Shown in pieces: positions 17,963-26,493 of a stretch of 64,000 nt of DNA. How positions within the stretch are numbered: position 1 is the first letter of the stretch; the number at the start of each line of letters is the position of its first letter. The notes under the pieces are model-generated. The model had not been told where the DNA came from. It searched no databases and saw nothing but the letters and a program-made list of their open reading frames with translations. Origin of the DNA: Eubacteriales bacterium (lineage in GTDB: Bacteria > Bacillota > Clostridia > Oscillospirales > CAG-272); assembly GCA_045602215.1 (NCBI GenBank), contig JAZSBE010000011.1:12203-76202 (forward strand), written 5' to 3'. A program made the position numbers and the translations under genes.

Positions 17963-19162
17963 ATGAACGCAAAAAAAAAAGGTTGGAAGCTGCTCGGCTG
18001 CTCGCTTCTGGCGGTGCTTCAGATGATTGGTTGCGCCGCCCGCGTGGGTGCGCTGGGGGCGGACGGGAAGGATGCCACAATGATGCAGGAACTCCCCGCA
18101 CAAGCGGCTTTTGCGGCTCTGGCGGCAGATCGATCGGGTGACGGCTCTGTTGCGACCGCGGTTGGTGTGTGCGTGGATGAATCCGTGGGCGGAGCGGTTG
18201 CGGCATTCGAAGCGAGTGAGCTGGAAAATTTAACGGTTACCCCCGGCGGGATGCCGTTTGGAGTGAAATTTATGACCGAGGGTGTGACGGTGGTCGGCTT
18301 TTGTGACGTGGAGGTCGATGGGAAGAAGGTCAATCCTGCGTCGGCGGCAGGACTAAAGCTTCGGGACGTGATCCTGCGCGTCAACGGCGAGCCCTTGCAG
18401 AGTGCGGCGGGCTTGACCCAAAAAATTGAGGGGTGCGAGGGCAAGGAGCTTGTTCTTCACTGCCGCAGAAATAAGGAAGAGGTGGAGATCCATTTAAGCC
18501 CCGTCTACTCCAATTCCGAGGCTCGTTACAAGACGGGCATTTGGGTGCGTGACAGCGGCGCGGGAATTGGAACCGTGACCTTCATTCTTCCCGAGACTGG
18601 CGCATTCGCAGGGCTTGGGCACGGCATCTGCGATGGTGATACGGGAGAGCTGGTCTCCATGCGACGGGGGACGGTGTCCGATGTGACCATCAGCTCGGTG
18701 GTCAAGGGGGTCTCAGGCGCACCCGGGGAGCTCAAAGGATATTTCAATCCTGGCAAGGTTGGTGCACTTCTCGGCAATACCTCCTGCGGCGTTTGGGGCG
18801 TTTTTTCGGAGCTGCCCGAGGCGGTTGCCGAGCCCATGAAGGTCGGACTGCGCGGGGAGGTGCAGGATGGCGCGGCGTATATCCTCTCGACCTTGGATAG
18901 CAACAAGACCGAACGCTATGACGTTGAGATATCAAACATCAACCGCGACGCAACAGGCTCAAAATGCTTCACCGTCAAGATCACCGATCCCGATCTGCTT
19001 GCGGTGTCGGGCGGGATCGTGCAGGGCATGAGCGGATCCCCCATCATTCAAAACGATAAGATCATCGGCGCGGTCACGCACGTCCTCATCAACGACCCTA
19101 CCACGGGCTACGGAATCTTCCTTGAAAATATGCTCGTTAATATGCCCGTGCCGGCGAGGTAA
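17963..19162 (+). CDS. spoIVB: stage IV sporulation protein B (SpoIVB, S55 signalling serine peptidase with PDZ domain)
   Basis: The ORF track gives 17927..19162. I take the start at MNAKKKGWKLLGC (ATG 17963) after GGAAAGGGA. A PDZ segment (GLKLRDVILRVNGEPL) and the catalytic motifs GLGHGICD and GMSGSPIIQNDKIIGAVTHV are present. Confidence 0.9.
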   Translation: MNAKKKGWKLLGCSLLAVLQMIGCAARVGALGADGKDATMMQELPAQAAFAALAADRSGDGSVATAVGVCVDESVGGAVAAFEASELENLTVTPGGMPFGVKFMTEGVTVVGFCDVEVDGKKVNPASAAGLKLRDVILRVNGEPLQSAAGLTQKIEGCEGKELVLHCRRNKEEVEIHLSPVYSNSEARYKTGIWVRDSGAGIGTVTFILPETGAFAGLGHGICDGDTGELVSMRRGTVSDVTISSVVKGVSGAPGELKGYFNPGKVGALLGNTSCGVWGVFSELPEAVAEPMKVGLRGEVQDGAAYILSTLDSNKTERYDVEISNINRDATGSKCFTVKITDPDLLAVSGGIVQGMSGSPIIQNDKIIGAVTHVLINDPTTGYGIFLENMLVNMPVPAR

Positions 19163-19259
19163 AGTAATCTGGGAAGGCGGGGAAACCTTTTTTAAGAAGT
19201 TTCCTTGTCTTCTCATTTTTTATTCTCGATGATATCGAGAATGAGATAAGAGCTACTTC

Positions 19260-19502
19260 TTACTCTAGCCCCAACAACCAGGTGACTGAAACCTTTAAAA
19301 TTCGTGCCAATTCTCGAAGTTCGTAATCTGCAACAAATCTAGTTCCAATCTCAATACGTGAGATACTGTCTCGCTCTATAATGATTCCGGCAACCTGTAA
19401 TTGTGCGGCAAGATCGCTTTGAGTTAAGCGGTGCTTGCATCGTGCCTCGTGAACTCTGTCCCCGCAAATGTTTTTCTTACCATTATAGTCGTATATTTTC
19501 AC
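19260..19502 (-). CDS. XRE-family helix-turn-helix transcriptional regulator
   Basis: The ORF track gives 19260..19514 (TTG). A GTG at 19502 lies 5 nt after GGAGG and gives MKIYDYNGKK.. The HTH is LTQSDLAAQLQVAGIIIERDSISRIEIG. The gene is divergent from the SPFH operon. Confidence 0.85.
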   Translation of the reverse strand: MKIYDYNGKKNICGDRVHEARCKHRLTQSDLAAQLQVAGIIIERDSISRIEIGTRFVADYELRELARILKVSVTWLLGLE

Positions 19503-19539
19503 AATTACCTCCAAAATTCGATAAAGTTAAGAATTACTC

Positions 19540-19568
19540 TTGACTTTAACATATTTTTTATGTATAAT
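19540..19568 (+). promoter_or_regulatory. sigma-A-type promoter (TTGACT-17-TATAAT) of the SPFH operon
   Basis: Reads TTGACTttaacatattttttatgTATAAT in the 124-nt XRE/SPFH intergenic region. Confidence 0.6.
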
Positions 19569-19626
19569 TGTGTTAAAGATCAGAATATATGTGTTTTTTT
19601 GAAAAACCAAGTGAAAGGAGAACACT

Positions 19627-20811
19627 ATGGCAATAGCAGATATTATCAAATATGAAGGAGATAATAGTACCTTTATATGGAAGCATCCATGCGAAGATTT
19701 TAACACAACTTCGCAGCTGATTGTCCACGAATCGCAGGAAGCGGTATTCTTTGTTAACGGTCAAGCTCTTGATCTGTTCGGAGCTGGACGACATACGCTT
19801 GAAACGCAGAATATTCCGCTGCTCCGTAGAATTATTAACATTCCTACGGGTGGAGAAACTCCGTTTCATTGTGAGGTCTATTTTATCAATAAGACTGAAC
19901 AAATGGCAATTCGTTGGGGGACAGACTCAAAGGTTCAGTATGTAGAACCTACCTATAAGTTCCCGATCTCCATTGGAGCATCAGGCGAGATGACATTGAG
20001 TGTCGAGGATTCAAGAAAACTCTTAATCAAGCTTGTGGGAACAGAGGACAATCTTGATCGTCAACGACTTGTATCGTATTTCCGTGCGGTGTTGATGACA
20101 AAAGTCAAAACCTATATGGCGCAGACCATGCGGCAGAACGCTATCAACATTTTTGAGATTGACGAGCAGCTTGAAGCATTTTCAAAAGAGCTTCATTCAA
20201 AGCTTATAGATGATTTCCTTGAGTATGGTATTAATCTCAACCGTTTCTATGTAACAACAATAGTCAAGCCAGATGGCGACCCTCAATACGAGCGCTTCAA
20301 GGAGTTGCACTTCCGTCAGTATGCGGATATTGCCGAGGCAAAGCTTAAGCAACAGACTGATATCATTCACGCACAGACAGAGGCGCAGAAGGTCGTCATT
20401 GACTCTCAGGCACAAGCAACCAAACGTGCACAAGAAGGTTATACCTATCAGCAAGAACGTGGCTTTGACGTGGCGCAGGATGCAGCAAAGAATGAAGGTG
20501 CAGGACAGTTCACCAATATGGGCATCGGTCTTGGTATGATGGCAGGTGTTGGCGGCGGCATCGCTAATATGGTTGGTGGCGCTGTAAATACAGCATTCAA
20601 TGGAGTAAACACTCAACCGCAATCACAACCTTCTGCTCCAGCAGATACCTTCTGCGAAAACTGCGGTGCAAAGCTCACGCCCGGCGCGGCGTTTTGCGAT
20701 GAATGTGGCACAAAGGTAGCCGTTCCCGATAATGTTTGCAGAAATTGTGGCTATCAGTTTGAACGCCCCGGCAAGTTCTGCCCCAAATGCGGTACAAAGA
20801 GGGAGGGCTAA
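19627..20811 (+). CDS. SPFH/Band-7 domain protein (YdjI / virion-core-protein-like subfamily) with C-terminal double zinc ribbon
   Basis: 394 aa. The N-terminus (MAIADIIKYEGDNSTFIWKHP..LIVHESQEAVFFVNGQ) is typical of the PF13421-type SPFH family. A Gly/Met-rich linker follows, then four CxxC pairs (CENC, CDEC, CRNC, CPKC). The RBS is AAAGGAG. Confidence 0.85.
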   Translation: MAIADIIKYEGDNSTFIWKHPCEDFNTTSQLIVHESQEAVFFVNGQALDLFGAGRHTLETQNIPLLRRIINIPTGGETPFHCEVYFINKTEQMAIRWGTDSKVQYVEPTYKFPISIGASGEMTLSVEDSRKLLIKLVGTEDNLDRQRLVSYFRAVLMTKVKTYMAQTMRQNAINIFEIDEQLEAFSKELHSKLIDDFLEYGINLNRFYVTTIVKPDGDPQYERFKELHFRQYADIAEAKLKQQTDIIHAQTEAQKVVIDSQAQATKRAQEGYTYQQERGFDVAQDAAKNEGAGQFTNMGIGLGMMAGVGGGIANMVGGAVNTAFNGVNTQPQSQPSAPADTFCENCGAKLTPGAAFCDECGTKVAVPDNVCRNCGYQFERPGKFCPKCGTKREG

Positions 20812-20814
20812 GCG

Positions 20815-21483
20815 ATGAAGAAGAATCATTTGATATCCTATCTCGCACTCGGTGTTGTGTTTGTGCTCTTTAACATAATTGCATTCGTGATTCCTACCAA
20901 CAAGACAGTTGTGTTTTGGACGGCTTATGCTTTTTCAGTGGTAGCCTTTGCGGTGCAAATTCCTTTATGGAAGATTGCTCTTGGCCAAAGGGATACTTTG
21001 AAAAGCAAATTTCTTGGGATTCCCGTTATTCACATTGGAATTACCTATCTGACCATCCAACTAATTGCCTTTGCAATCTTTATGATCTTCCCGACACTTC
21101 CCGTGTGGTTAGCGGTAGTTGTATGTACGATTATCCTTGCACTCTCTGCTCTCTTCGCTATCGCGGGACAAGCGGGGGCTAACGAGATCAATCGCGTGGA
21201 AGAAAAGATTAAGGTTAAACGATTATTTATTCAATTTCTGCAAACCGATATTGAAATGCTCGTTGAAACCGAAACCGATGATGAAACTCAAGCGGAACTC
21301 AAAAAGCTTTCCGAAAAGGTACGTTTTAGCGATCCAATGAGCCACGAAATGCTTGGTGAATTAGAATCTCGCATTTCTGCCAAAGTCGAAGAAATGAAAA
21401 CGGTGTCGGATAAGAAAGTTCTCATTGGAGAGATTGATGTATTACTTACAGAACGCAATATGAAGTGTAAAATATTAAAATAA
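20815..21483 (+). CDS. 4-TM membrane protein with helical cytoplasmic C-terminal domain (function unknown)
   Basis: 222 aa. It starts 3 nt after the SPFH stop, behind GGGAGGG. Four hydrophobic helices are followed by a charged coiled-coil-like tail. Confidence 0.8.
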   Translation: MKKNHLISYLALGVVFVLFNIIAFVIPTNKTVVFWTAYAFSVVAFAVQIPLWKIALGQRDTLKSKFLGIPVIHIGITYLTIQLIAFAIFMIFPTLPVWLAVVVCTIILALSALFAIAGQAGANEINRVEEKIKVKRLFIQFLQTDIEMLVETETDDETQAELKKLSEKVRFSDPMSHEMLGELESRISAKVEEMKTVSDKKVLIGEIDVLLTERNMKCKILK

Positions 21484-21507
21484 CAATGCAAACGGAGATA
21501 AAGACAA

Positions 21508-23013
21508 ATGAAGCAACTAACTTGCGAAATGTGCGGAGGCACAGAGCTCATTAAACAGGATGGCTTTTTTGTGTGCCAAACTTGCGGTTGCAAGTATTCT
21601 GTTGAAGAAGCCAAGAAAATGATGATTGAAGGCACTGTGGATGTCCAAGGTACTGTTAAAGTGGACAATTCCGCCTTTGTTCAAAAATATCTTGCTAATG
21701 CTCGCCGCGCTAAACAAAAAGAGGACTGGAAAGAAACTGAAAAATACTATAATATGGTTGAGCAAAACGATCCAACCAATATTGAAGCCATTTTTTACAG
21801 TACCTATGCACAAGTTAAATTGGCTTTATTAGAAGCGGAAACCAAAGATAAAAGACAAAGTGTTTTTAACACATTAATAAAAGGCGTATCTGTAATAGAT
21901 GATAACTATGATAACGCAAATGAAGAACATCATAAATTATTATTTGAAATAATGGATGCTATTAACACATTAAAAGAAGGCACTATTGTCCCGACAACAC
22001 ATTTGCAAGAATATGTAACCAAAAATGGCTATGGTAATATTGTAGACCGTAATCAACTTGTGGAAAATGATTCCTTGAATGTCACCTACAATATGATAGA
22101 TCAGGTTATTGAAGCTTATGGGGACTCATTAGCCAATATTACTGTGGTACAATGTAAAGATTTATCCGAAAAAGAGATTCTTAAAAAGGCTTGTGAAGCA
22201 TTGCGAAATGGTTACTCGTACTTTGCTCTAGGTTATTTTGGCGAGTATACAAAGAAGAAAGCCGATTCACCCGTTGGTTATGCAGGCAAAGCTTTGGCTA
22301 TCTGTGTTACAAACAAAGGCGAGAAAAATGCTTTGGCGTATTTAAGAAAAGCCGCACAGTATAATGCTGTGGAAAATGAGGAAAAAGATGCTCTTGATTT
22401 TATTATCAAATGTAAGTATGGTGATAATATCACATTATTAATGGTCGCTTCCGCGAATTATGATTATGAAGCAGTAAAATACCTGGTAGAAGCTGGAAGT
22501 GATATTGATGCAAAATCAAATTATGCTGTCACTGCTTTATGGTATGTATGTAGAAAAAAACCTGACGAGACTAATGTTGAGGCTGCAAGAGAAATTGCAA
22601 AATTGTTGTTAGATCATGGCGCGAAAATTGATGTTAAAAACACAGGCGGAGTTGATTTATACAACAAAGATACAGATTATGAAATTGCAGAAATGATAAG
22701 AGTCAAATTTCCAAATGCCCAAGAAGGAGTTGCAGCTGGAAAAAGTGGTTGCTATGTAGCCACTGCGGTTTATGGCTCGTATGATTGTCCTCAAGTATGG
22801 ACGCTTCGCCGTTACCGTGATGATACTCTCGGATCTACTTGGTACGGAAGATTGTTCATTCATACATACTACGCAATCAGTCCTACTCTCGTAAAATGGT
22901 TCGGCAACACAAATTGGTTCAAAAAGCTTTGGAAGGGCAAACTTGACCGTATGGTTACAAAACTTCAAAAGAATGGTGTAGAAAACACTCCGTATGAAGA
23001 TAAGCAATGGTGA
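21508..23013 (+). CDS. zinc-ribbon / helical-repeat / ankyrin-repeat protein with C-terminal conserved Cys box (function unknown)
   Basis: 501 aa. The N-terminus has the ribbon CEMCGG..CQTCGC. Ankyrin-like repeats are present (NITLLMVASANYDYEAVKYLVEAGSDIDAK; AREIAKLLLDHGAKIDVKN). The C-terminus reads GCYVATAVYGSYDCPQVWTLRRYRD plus an aromatic-rich tail. This is the most AT-rich gene of the window. Confidence 0.8.
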   Translation: MKQLTCEMCGGTELIKQDGFFVCQTCGCKYSVEEAKKMMIEGTVDVQGTVKVDNSAFVQKYLANARRAKQKEDWKETEKYYNMVEQNDPTNIEAIFYSTYAQVKLALLEAETKDKRQSVFNTLIKGVSVIDDNYDNANEEHHKLLFEIMDAINTLKEGTIVPTTHLQEYVTKNGYGNIVDRNQLVENDSLNVTYNMIDQVIEAYGDSLANITVVQCKDLSEKEILKKACEALRNGYSYFALGYFGEYTKKKADSPVGYAGKALAICVTNKGEKNALAYLRKAAQYNAVENEEKDALDFIIKCKYGDNITLLMVASANYDYEAVKYLVEAGSDIDAKSNYAVTALWYVCRKKPDETNVEAAREIAKLLLDHGAKIDVKNTGGVDLYNKDTDYEIAEMIRVKFPNAQEGVAAGKSGCYVATAVYGSYDCPQVWTLRRYRDDTLGSTWYGRLFIHTYYAISPTLVKWFGNTNWFKKLWKGKLDRMVTKLQKNGVENTPYEDKQW

Positions 23014-23060
23014 AAATTCTGTGTAAATATATCATGCTGTAGGAATAAAATGCAGAGTAT

Positions 23061-23097
23061 AAAAAAGGCAATCTCCTTATCTGGAGATTGCCTCTTG
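23061..23097. terminator. bidirectional terminator between the SPFH operon (+) and pflA (-)
   Basis: Reads aaaaa-aggcaatctcc-ttatct-ggagattgcct-cttgcgttatttt. Confidence 0.75.
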
Positions 23098-23099
23098 CG

Positions 23100-23837
23100 T
23101 TATTTTCTCTTGACTTCCCGAATCCCTTGCAGGATCTGCTCCTTTGCGGTGATCGCGTCGGAGACGGAGAGGGCAGGCATGCCTGCCAGCGGGTAGGGAA
23201 TGCCGAGCGATTCATATTTTGAAACGCCCATGGTGTGGTAGGGAAGTACATCCAATGCCTTGAGATTGGAGAGTTTGCCGATGAAGCGTCCGAGCTCAAC
23301 CAGATCGGTGTGCGCGTCGGTGTAGCCCTCTACAATGATGTGACGAACCCACAGGGGGATCTTCCTTTTCTCAAGGTGCTTTGCAAACGCCAGAATTCTG
23401 GCATTGTCGTGCCCCGTCAGCGTTTGGTGCTTTTGGGGGTCGATGTGCTTGATATCCAGCATCACCAGGTCCGTGACCTCAAGCAGGCGGTCGAGCCGCT
23501 CGGTGTGGTCGGGGGTAAAGGTGATTCCGGATGTATCGACACAGGTGTGAATTCCTTGCTCTTTCGCTTTTTGGAAAAGCTCGGTCAGAAACTCGATCTG
23601 CAGCAAGGGCTCTCCGCCCGTGACGGTGATTCCTCCGTTTCGGTAAAAGGGCCGATTCTTTTGGTACTGAGCCAGAAGCTCGTCAACTGACATTTGGGTT
23701 CCTTTGCCGATCTCCCAGGTGTCGGGGTTGTGGCAGTAGAGACACCGCATGGGACAACCCTGAAAGAAGATCACAAATCGGAGCCCCGGGCCGTCAACCG
23801 TACCAAAGCTTTCGGTGGAATGGATGTAACCCAGCAT
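23100..23837 (-). CDS. pflA: pyruvate formate-lyase activating enzyme (radical SAM)
   Basis: 245 aa with the CxxxCxxC motif CPMRCLYCHNPDTW and GGITVTGGEPLLQ. Confidence 0.93.
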   Translation of the reverse strand: MLGYIHSTESFGTVDGPGLRFVIFFQGCPMRCLYCHNPDTWEIGKGTQMSVDELLAQYQKNRPFYRNGGITVTGGEPLLQIEFLTELFQKAKEQGIHTCVDTSGITFTPDHTERLDRLLEVTDLVMLDIKHIDPQKHQTLTGHDNARILAFAKHLEKRKIPLWVRHIIVEGYTDAHTDLVELGRFIGKLSNLKALDVLPYHTMGVSKYESLGIPYPLAGMPALSVSDAITAKEQILQGIREVKRK

Positions 23838-23842
23838 GGAGA

Positions 23843-24085
23843 TCAGATCTGATCGTGGAAGGTTCTGGAGATGACCTCGTCCTGCTGCTCCTTGGTAAGC
23901 TTAATGAAGTTTACCGCGTAGCCGCTCACGCGAACGGTGAGCTGGGGGTACTTTTCGGGATGCGCCTGCGCGTCCAGAAGAGTTTCTCTTGTGAAAACGT
24001 TTACGTTGAGGTGGTGACCGCCCTTTTGAACGTAGCCGTCCAGGAGGTTGACCAGATTGTCAATTTGATTTTGTGTTGCTGCCAT
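23843..24085 (-). CDS. stand-alone glycyl-radical domain (GrcA/YfiD-like; corresponds to the C-terminal ~75 aa of PflB)
   Basis: The ORF track gives 23843..24106 (TTG). The ATG at 24085 lies 6-7 nt after AAAGGAG. The sequence is [76 protein letters not shown], and RVSGYAV is the radical-glycine loop. Confidence 0.85.
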   Translation of the reverse strand: MAATQNQIDNLVNLLDGYVQKGGHHLNVNVFTRETLLDAQAHPEKYPQLTVRVSGYAVNFIKLTKEQQDEVISRTFHDQI

Positions 24086-24123
24086 GGAAAACTCCTTTCT
24101 TTGCAATCTGCAAAATAGAGATA

Positions 24124-26232
24124 TTAGTTGTTGTCGTCAAGTCCCTCAAAGAGCGTGGGGGATGCGCACGCGCCATTCGAGCAATCGAAGCTGACCGCTA
24201 CGTCGATGTCTCCTGCGAACACACGGTCGTCCTTACCCAGCGCGCCGGGAATGATGGAGAAGGTGTTGGAGATTCCGTCCTGTGCGTCGATGAAGGGAAG
24301 CTTTGCAACGGATGCGAGGGATGCAACTGCGCCGTGGGTATCTCTGCGGTGCATGGGGTTTGCTCCGGGAGCGAACGCCTCACCCTTCTTACGTCCGTCG
24401 GGGGTTGCACCGGTATTCTTACCGTATACCACGTTGGAGGTAATGGTCAGAATAGAGGTTGTGGGAACGCCGCCTCTGTAAGTATGGTTCTTACGGATGT
24501 GCTCCATGAAGCGGTGAACGATATCGTAAGCAAGCGTATCTACGCGGTCATCGTCGTTTCCGAACTTGGGGAAGTCTCCCTCTACCTCGTAGTCAACTGC
24601 CAGTCCCTGCTCGTTGCGGAGAACCTTAACCTTGCCGTACTTGATCGCGGACAGAGAGTCTGCAACGACCGAGAGACCGGCAATTCCGGTTGCGAACCAA
24701 CGGGTAACGTCCTTATCGTGAAGAGCCATCTGGAGACGCTCGTAGCAGTACTTGTCATGCATATAGTGAATGACGTTGAGGGTGTTTACGTAAACGTTAG
24801 CAAGCCACTTCATCATATCGTCATACTTCTGCATAACCTCGTCGAAATCAAGATACTCGGAGGTGATGGGACGGTAAGCGGGACCAACCTGCTTTCCGGA
24901 GATCTCATCCACACCGCCGTTGATCGCGTAAAGCAAGCACTTTGCAAGGTTTGCTCTTGCGCCGAAGAACTGCATTTCCTTACCCAGACGCATAGAGGAT
25001 ACGCAGCATGCGATCGCATAGTCGTCGCCATGGGTGAATCTCATCAGGTCGTCATTCTCGTACTGAACGGAGGACGTCTCGATGGAGGTCTTTGCGCAGA
25101 AGCGCTTGAAGTTCTCGGGAAGCTTTACAGACCAGAGCACCGTGAGGTTGGGCTCGGGAGCAGCTCCGAGGTTGGACAGGGTGTGCAGGTAACGGTAGGA
25201 CATCTTGGTGACAAGGTGAGAACCGCTGATGGAAACACCGCCGATGGACTCGGTTACCCACTGGGGGTCGCCGGAGAAGAGCGCGTTGTACTCGGGAGTA
25301 CGTGCGAACTTGATCAGACGGAGCTTCATGATGAAATGGTCAACCATTTCCTGAATCTCGTTCTCGGTGAACAGACCCTTCTTGAGGTCTCTCTCCGCGT
25401 AGATGTCAAGGAAGGTGGAGGTACGTCCGAGGGACATTGCGGCACCGTTCTGCTCCTTGACTGCTGCAAGGTAGCCGAAGTACAGCCACTGGATCGCTTC
25501 CTTTACGTTGCCGGCAGGTCTGGAAATGTCAAAGCCGTAGGATGCAGCCATTTCCTTGAGCTCTTCAAGCGCGCGGATCTGCTCAGACAGCTCTTCTCTC
25601 GCACGGATGATGTGAGAGAACATTGCAGAACGAGTGGTCTCCTTCTGCTCCTTCTTGTCCTCGATCAGACGGTCTACACCGTAGAGCGCAACTCTTCTGT
25701 AGTCACCGATGATTCTTCCGCGGCCGTAAGCATCGGGAAGACCGGTGATGATATGGCTGGAGCGGCATGCTCTCATCTCGGGGGTGTAGGCATCAAAAAC
25801 GCCTGCGTTGTGAGTCTTTCTGTACTTGGTGAAGAACTCCTTTACCTCGGGGTCGATGGTGTAGCCGTTGTCAGCGCAAGCCTTCTCTGCCATACGGATT
25901 CCGCCGTAGGGCATCAGCGCACGCTTGAGGGGCTTTTCGGTCTGAAGACCGACGATCGTCTCCTTCTCACGGTTGAGGTATCCGGGAGCGTGGGAGGTAA
26001 TGGTGGAGATTACCTTGGTGTCCATATCCAATACGCCGCCGCGCTCTCTTTCCTGTCTGGTCAGATCCATGACCTGATCCCACAGGTCGAGCGTGTTCTG
26101 CGTGGGACCTTCCAGGAAGGACTCGTCTCCGTCATAAGGAGTATAGTTATGCTTGATAAAGCTTCTTACATTAATTTCCTTGGTCCAGGTAGCAGTACGG
26201 AACCCTTCCCATTCTTTGTAGATTTCGTGCAT
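24124..26232 (-). CDS. pflB: pyruvate formate-lyase catalytic core lacking its own glycyl-radical domain (split pflB)
   Basis: The ORF track gives 24124..26463. The likely start is [11 protein letters not shown] (ATG 26232, 9 nt after GAAGGG), with an alternative at 26241. It is collinear with PflB down to ..[29 protein letters not shown]. It then diverges into a 33-aa tail ([33 protein letters not shown]) and stops. Confidence 0.88.
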   Translation of the reverse strand: MHEIYKEWEGFRTATWTKEINVRSFIKHNYTPYDGDESFLEGPTQNTLDLWDQVMDLTRQERERGGVLDMDTKVISTITSHAPGYLNREKETIVGLQTEKPLKRALMPYGGIRMAEKACADNGYTIDPEVKEFFTKYRKTHNAGVFDAYTPEMRACRSSHIITGLPDAYGRGRIIGDYRRVALYGVDRLIEDKKEQKETTRSAMFSHIIRAREELSEQIRALEELKEMAASYGFDISRPAGNVKEAIQWLYFGYLAAVKEQNGAAMSLGRTSTFLDIYAERDLKKGLFTENEIQEMVDHFIMKLRLIKFARTPEYNALFSGDPQWVTESIGGVSISGSHLVTKMSYRYLHTLSNLGAAPEPNLTVLWSVKLPENFKRFCAKTSIETSSVQYENDDLMRFTHGDDYAIACCVSSMRLGKEMQFFGARANLAKCLLYAINGGVDEISGKQVGPAYRPITSEYLDFDEVMQKYDDMMKWLANVYVNTLNVIHYMHDKYCYERLQMALHDKDVTRWFATGIAGLSVVADSLSAIKYGKVKVLRNEQGLAVDYEVEGDFPKFGNDDDRVDTLAYDIVHRFMEHIRKNHTYRGGVPTTSILTITSNVVYGKNTGATPDGRKKGEAFAPGANPMHRRDTHGAVASLASVAKLPFIDAQDGISNTFSIIPGALGKDDRVFAGDIDVAVSFDCSNGACASPTLFEGLDDNN

Positions 26233-26422
26233 CTCACTCATCCCTTCTGTTTGATTTTCTATCACCCTATATTGTACATTTTTTTTGTAGGAAAAGCAAG
26301 AGTTTTTCAAAATTTTTTCTCGGAAAATGCAATTTCGTCTGTTTTTCCGTGAAATGAAGCGCAAAAACCGATTCCCTTGGACGGATTGACGATGGATTGG
26401 CGCAAATCTCTTGTTTTTTTGT

Positions 26423-26464
26423 ATTGTACCATTTTTTCGGTTGCTCTTCTGTGATTCGGTCACA
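26423..26464 (-). promoter_or_regulatory. candidate distal pfl promoter (extended -10 TGgTACAAT) with TGTGA-N5-TCACA palindrome centred near -41
   Basis: Minus strand reads TGTGAccgaaTCACAgaagagcaaccgaaaaaaTGgTACAAT. A proximal TTGCTT-17-TACAAT lies at about 26271-26299. Confidence 0.35.
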
Positions 26465-26493
26465 ATGATTGAAGGGTGACGCCGATGCGTTTG

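Noticed and set aside
19163-19259. Hairpins at the left border of the SPFH islet (attctcgat-gat-atcgagaat) considered as an att site or terminator, and a search for matching repeats at the right border (23014-23100).
   Set aside because: No convincing direct repeat is shared by the two borders; only short T-rich similarity is present. The hairpin lacks a flanking T-run on either strand, so it is left unassigned.
24073-26352. A 759-codon plus-strand ORF antisense to pflB. Similar long antisense ORFs occur at 523-2124, 2783-4282, 32909-34492, 35589-36992, 38943-40880, 46221-47318, 48186-50225, 51855-53060, 55333-56427 and 56910-58058.
   Set aside because: Each is the mirror of a gene with unambiguous conserved motifs on the other strand. 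None has translation signals or a recognisable domain.
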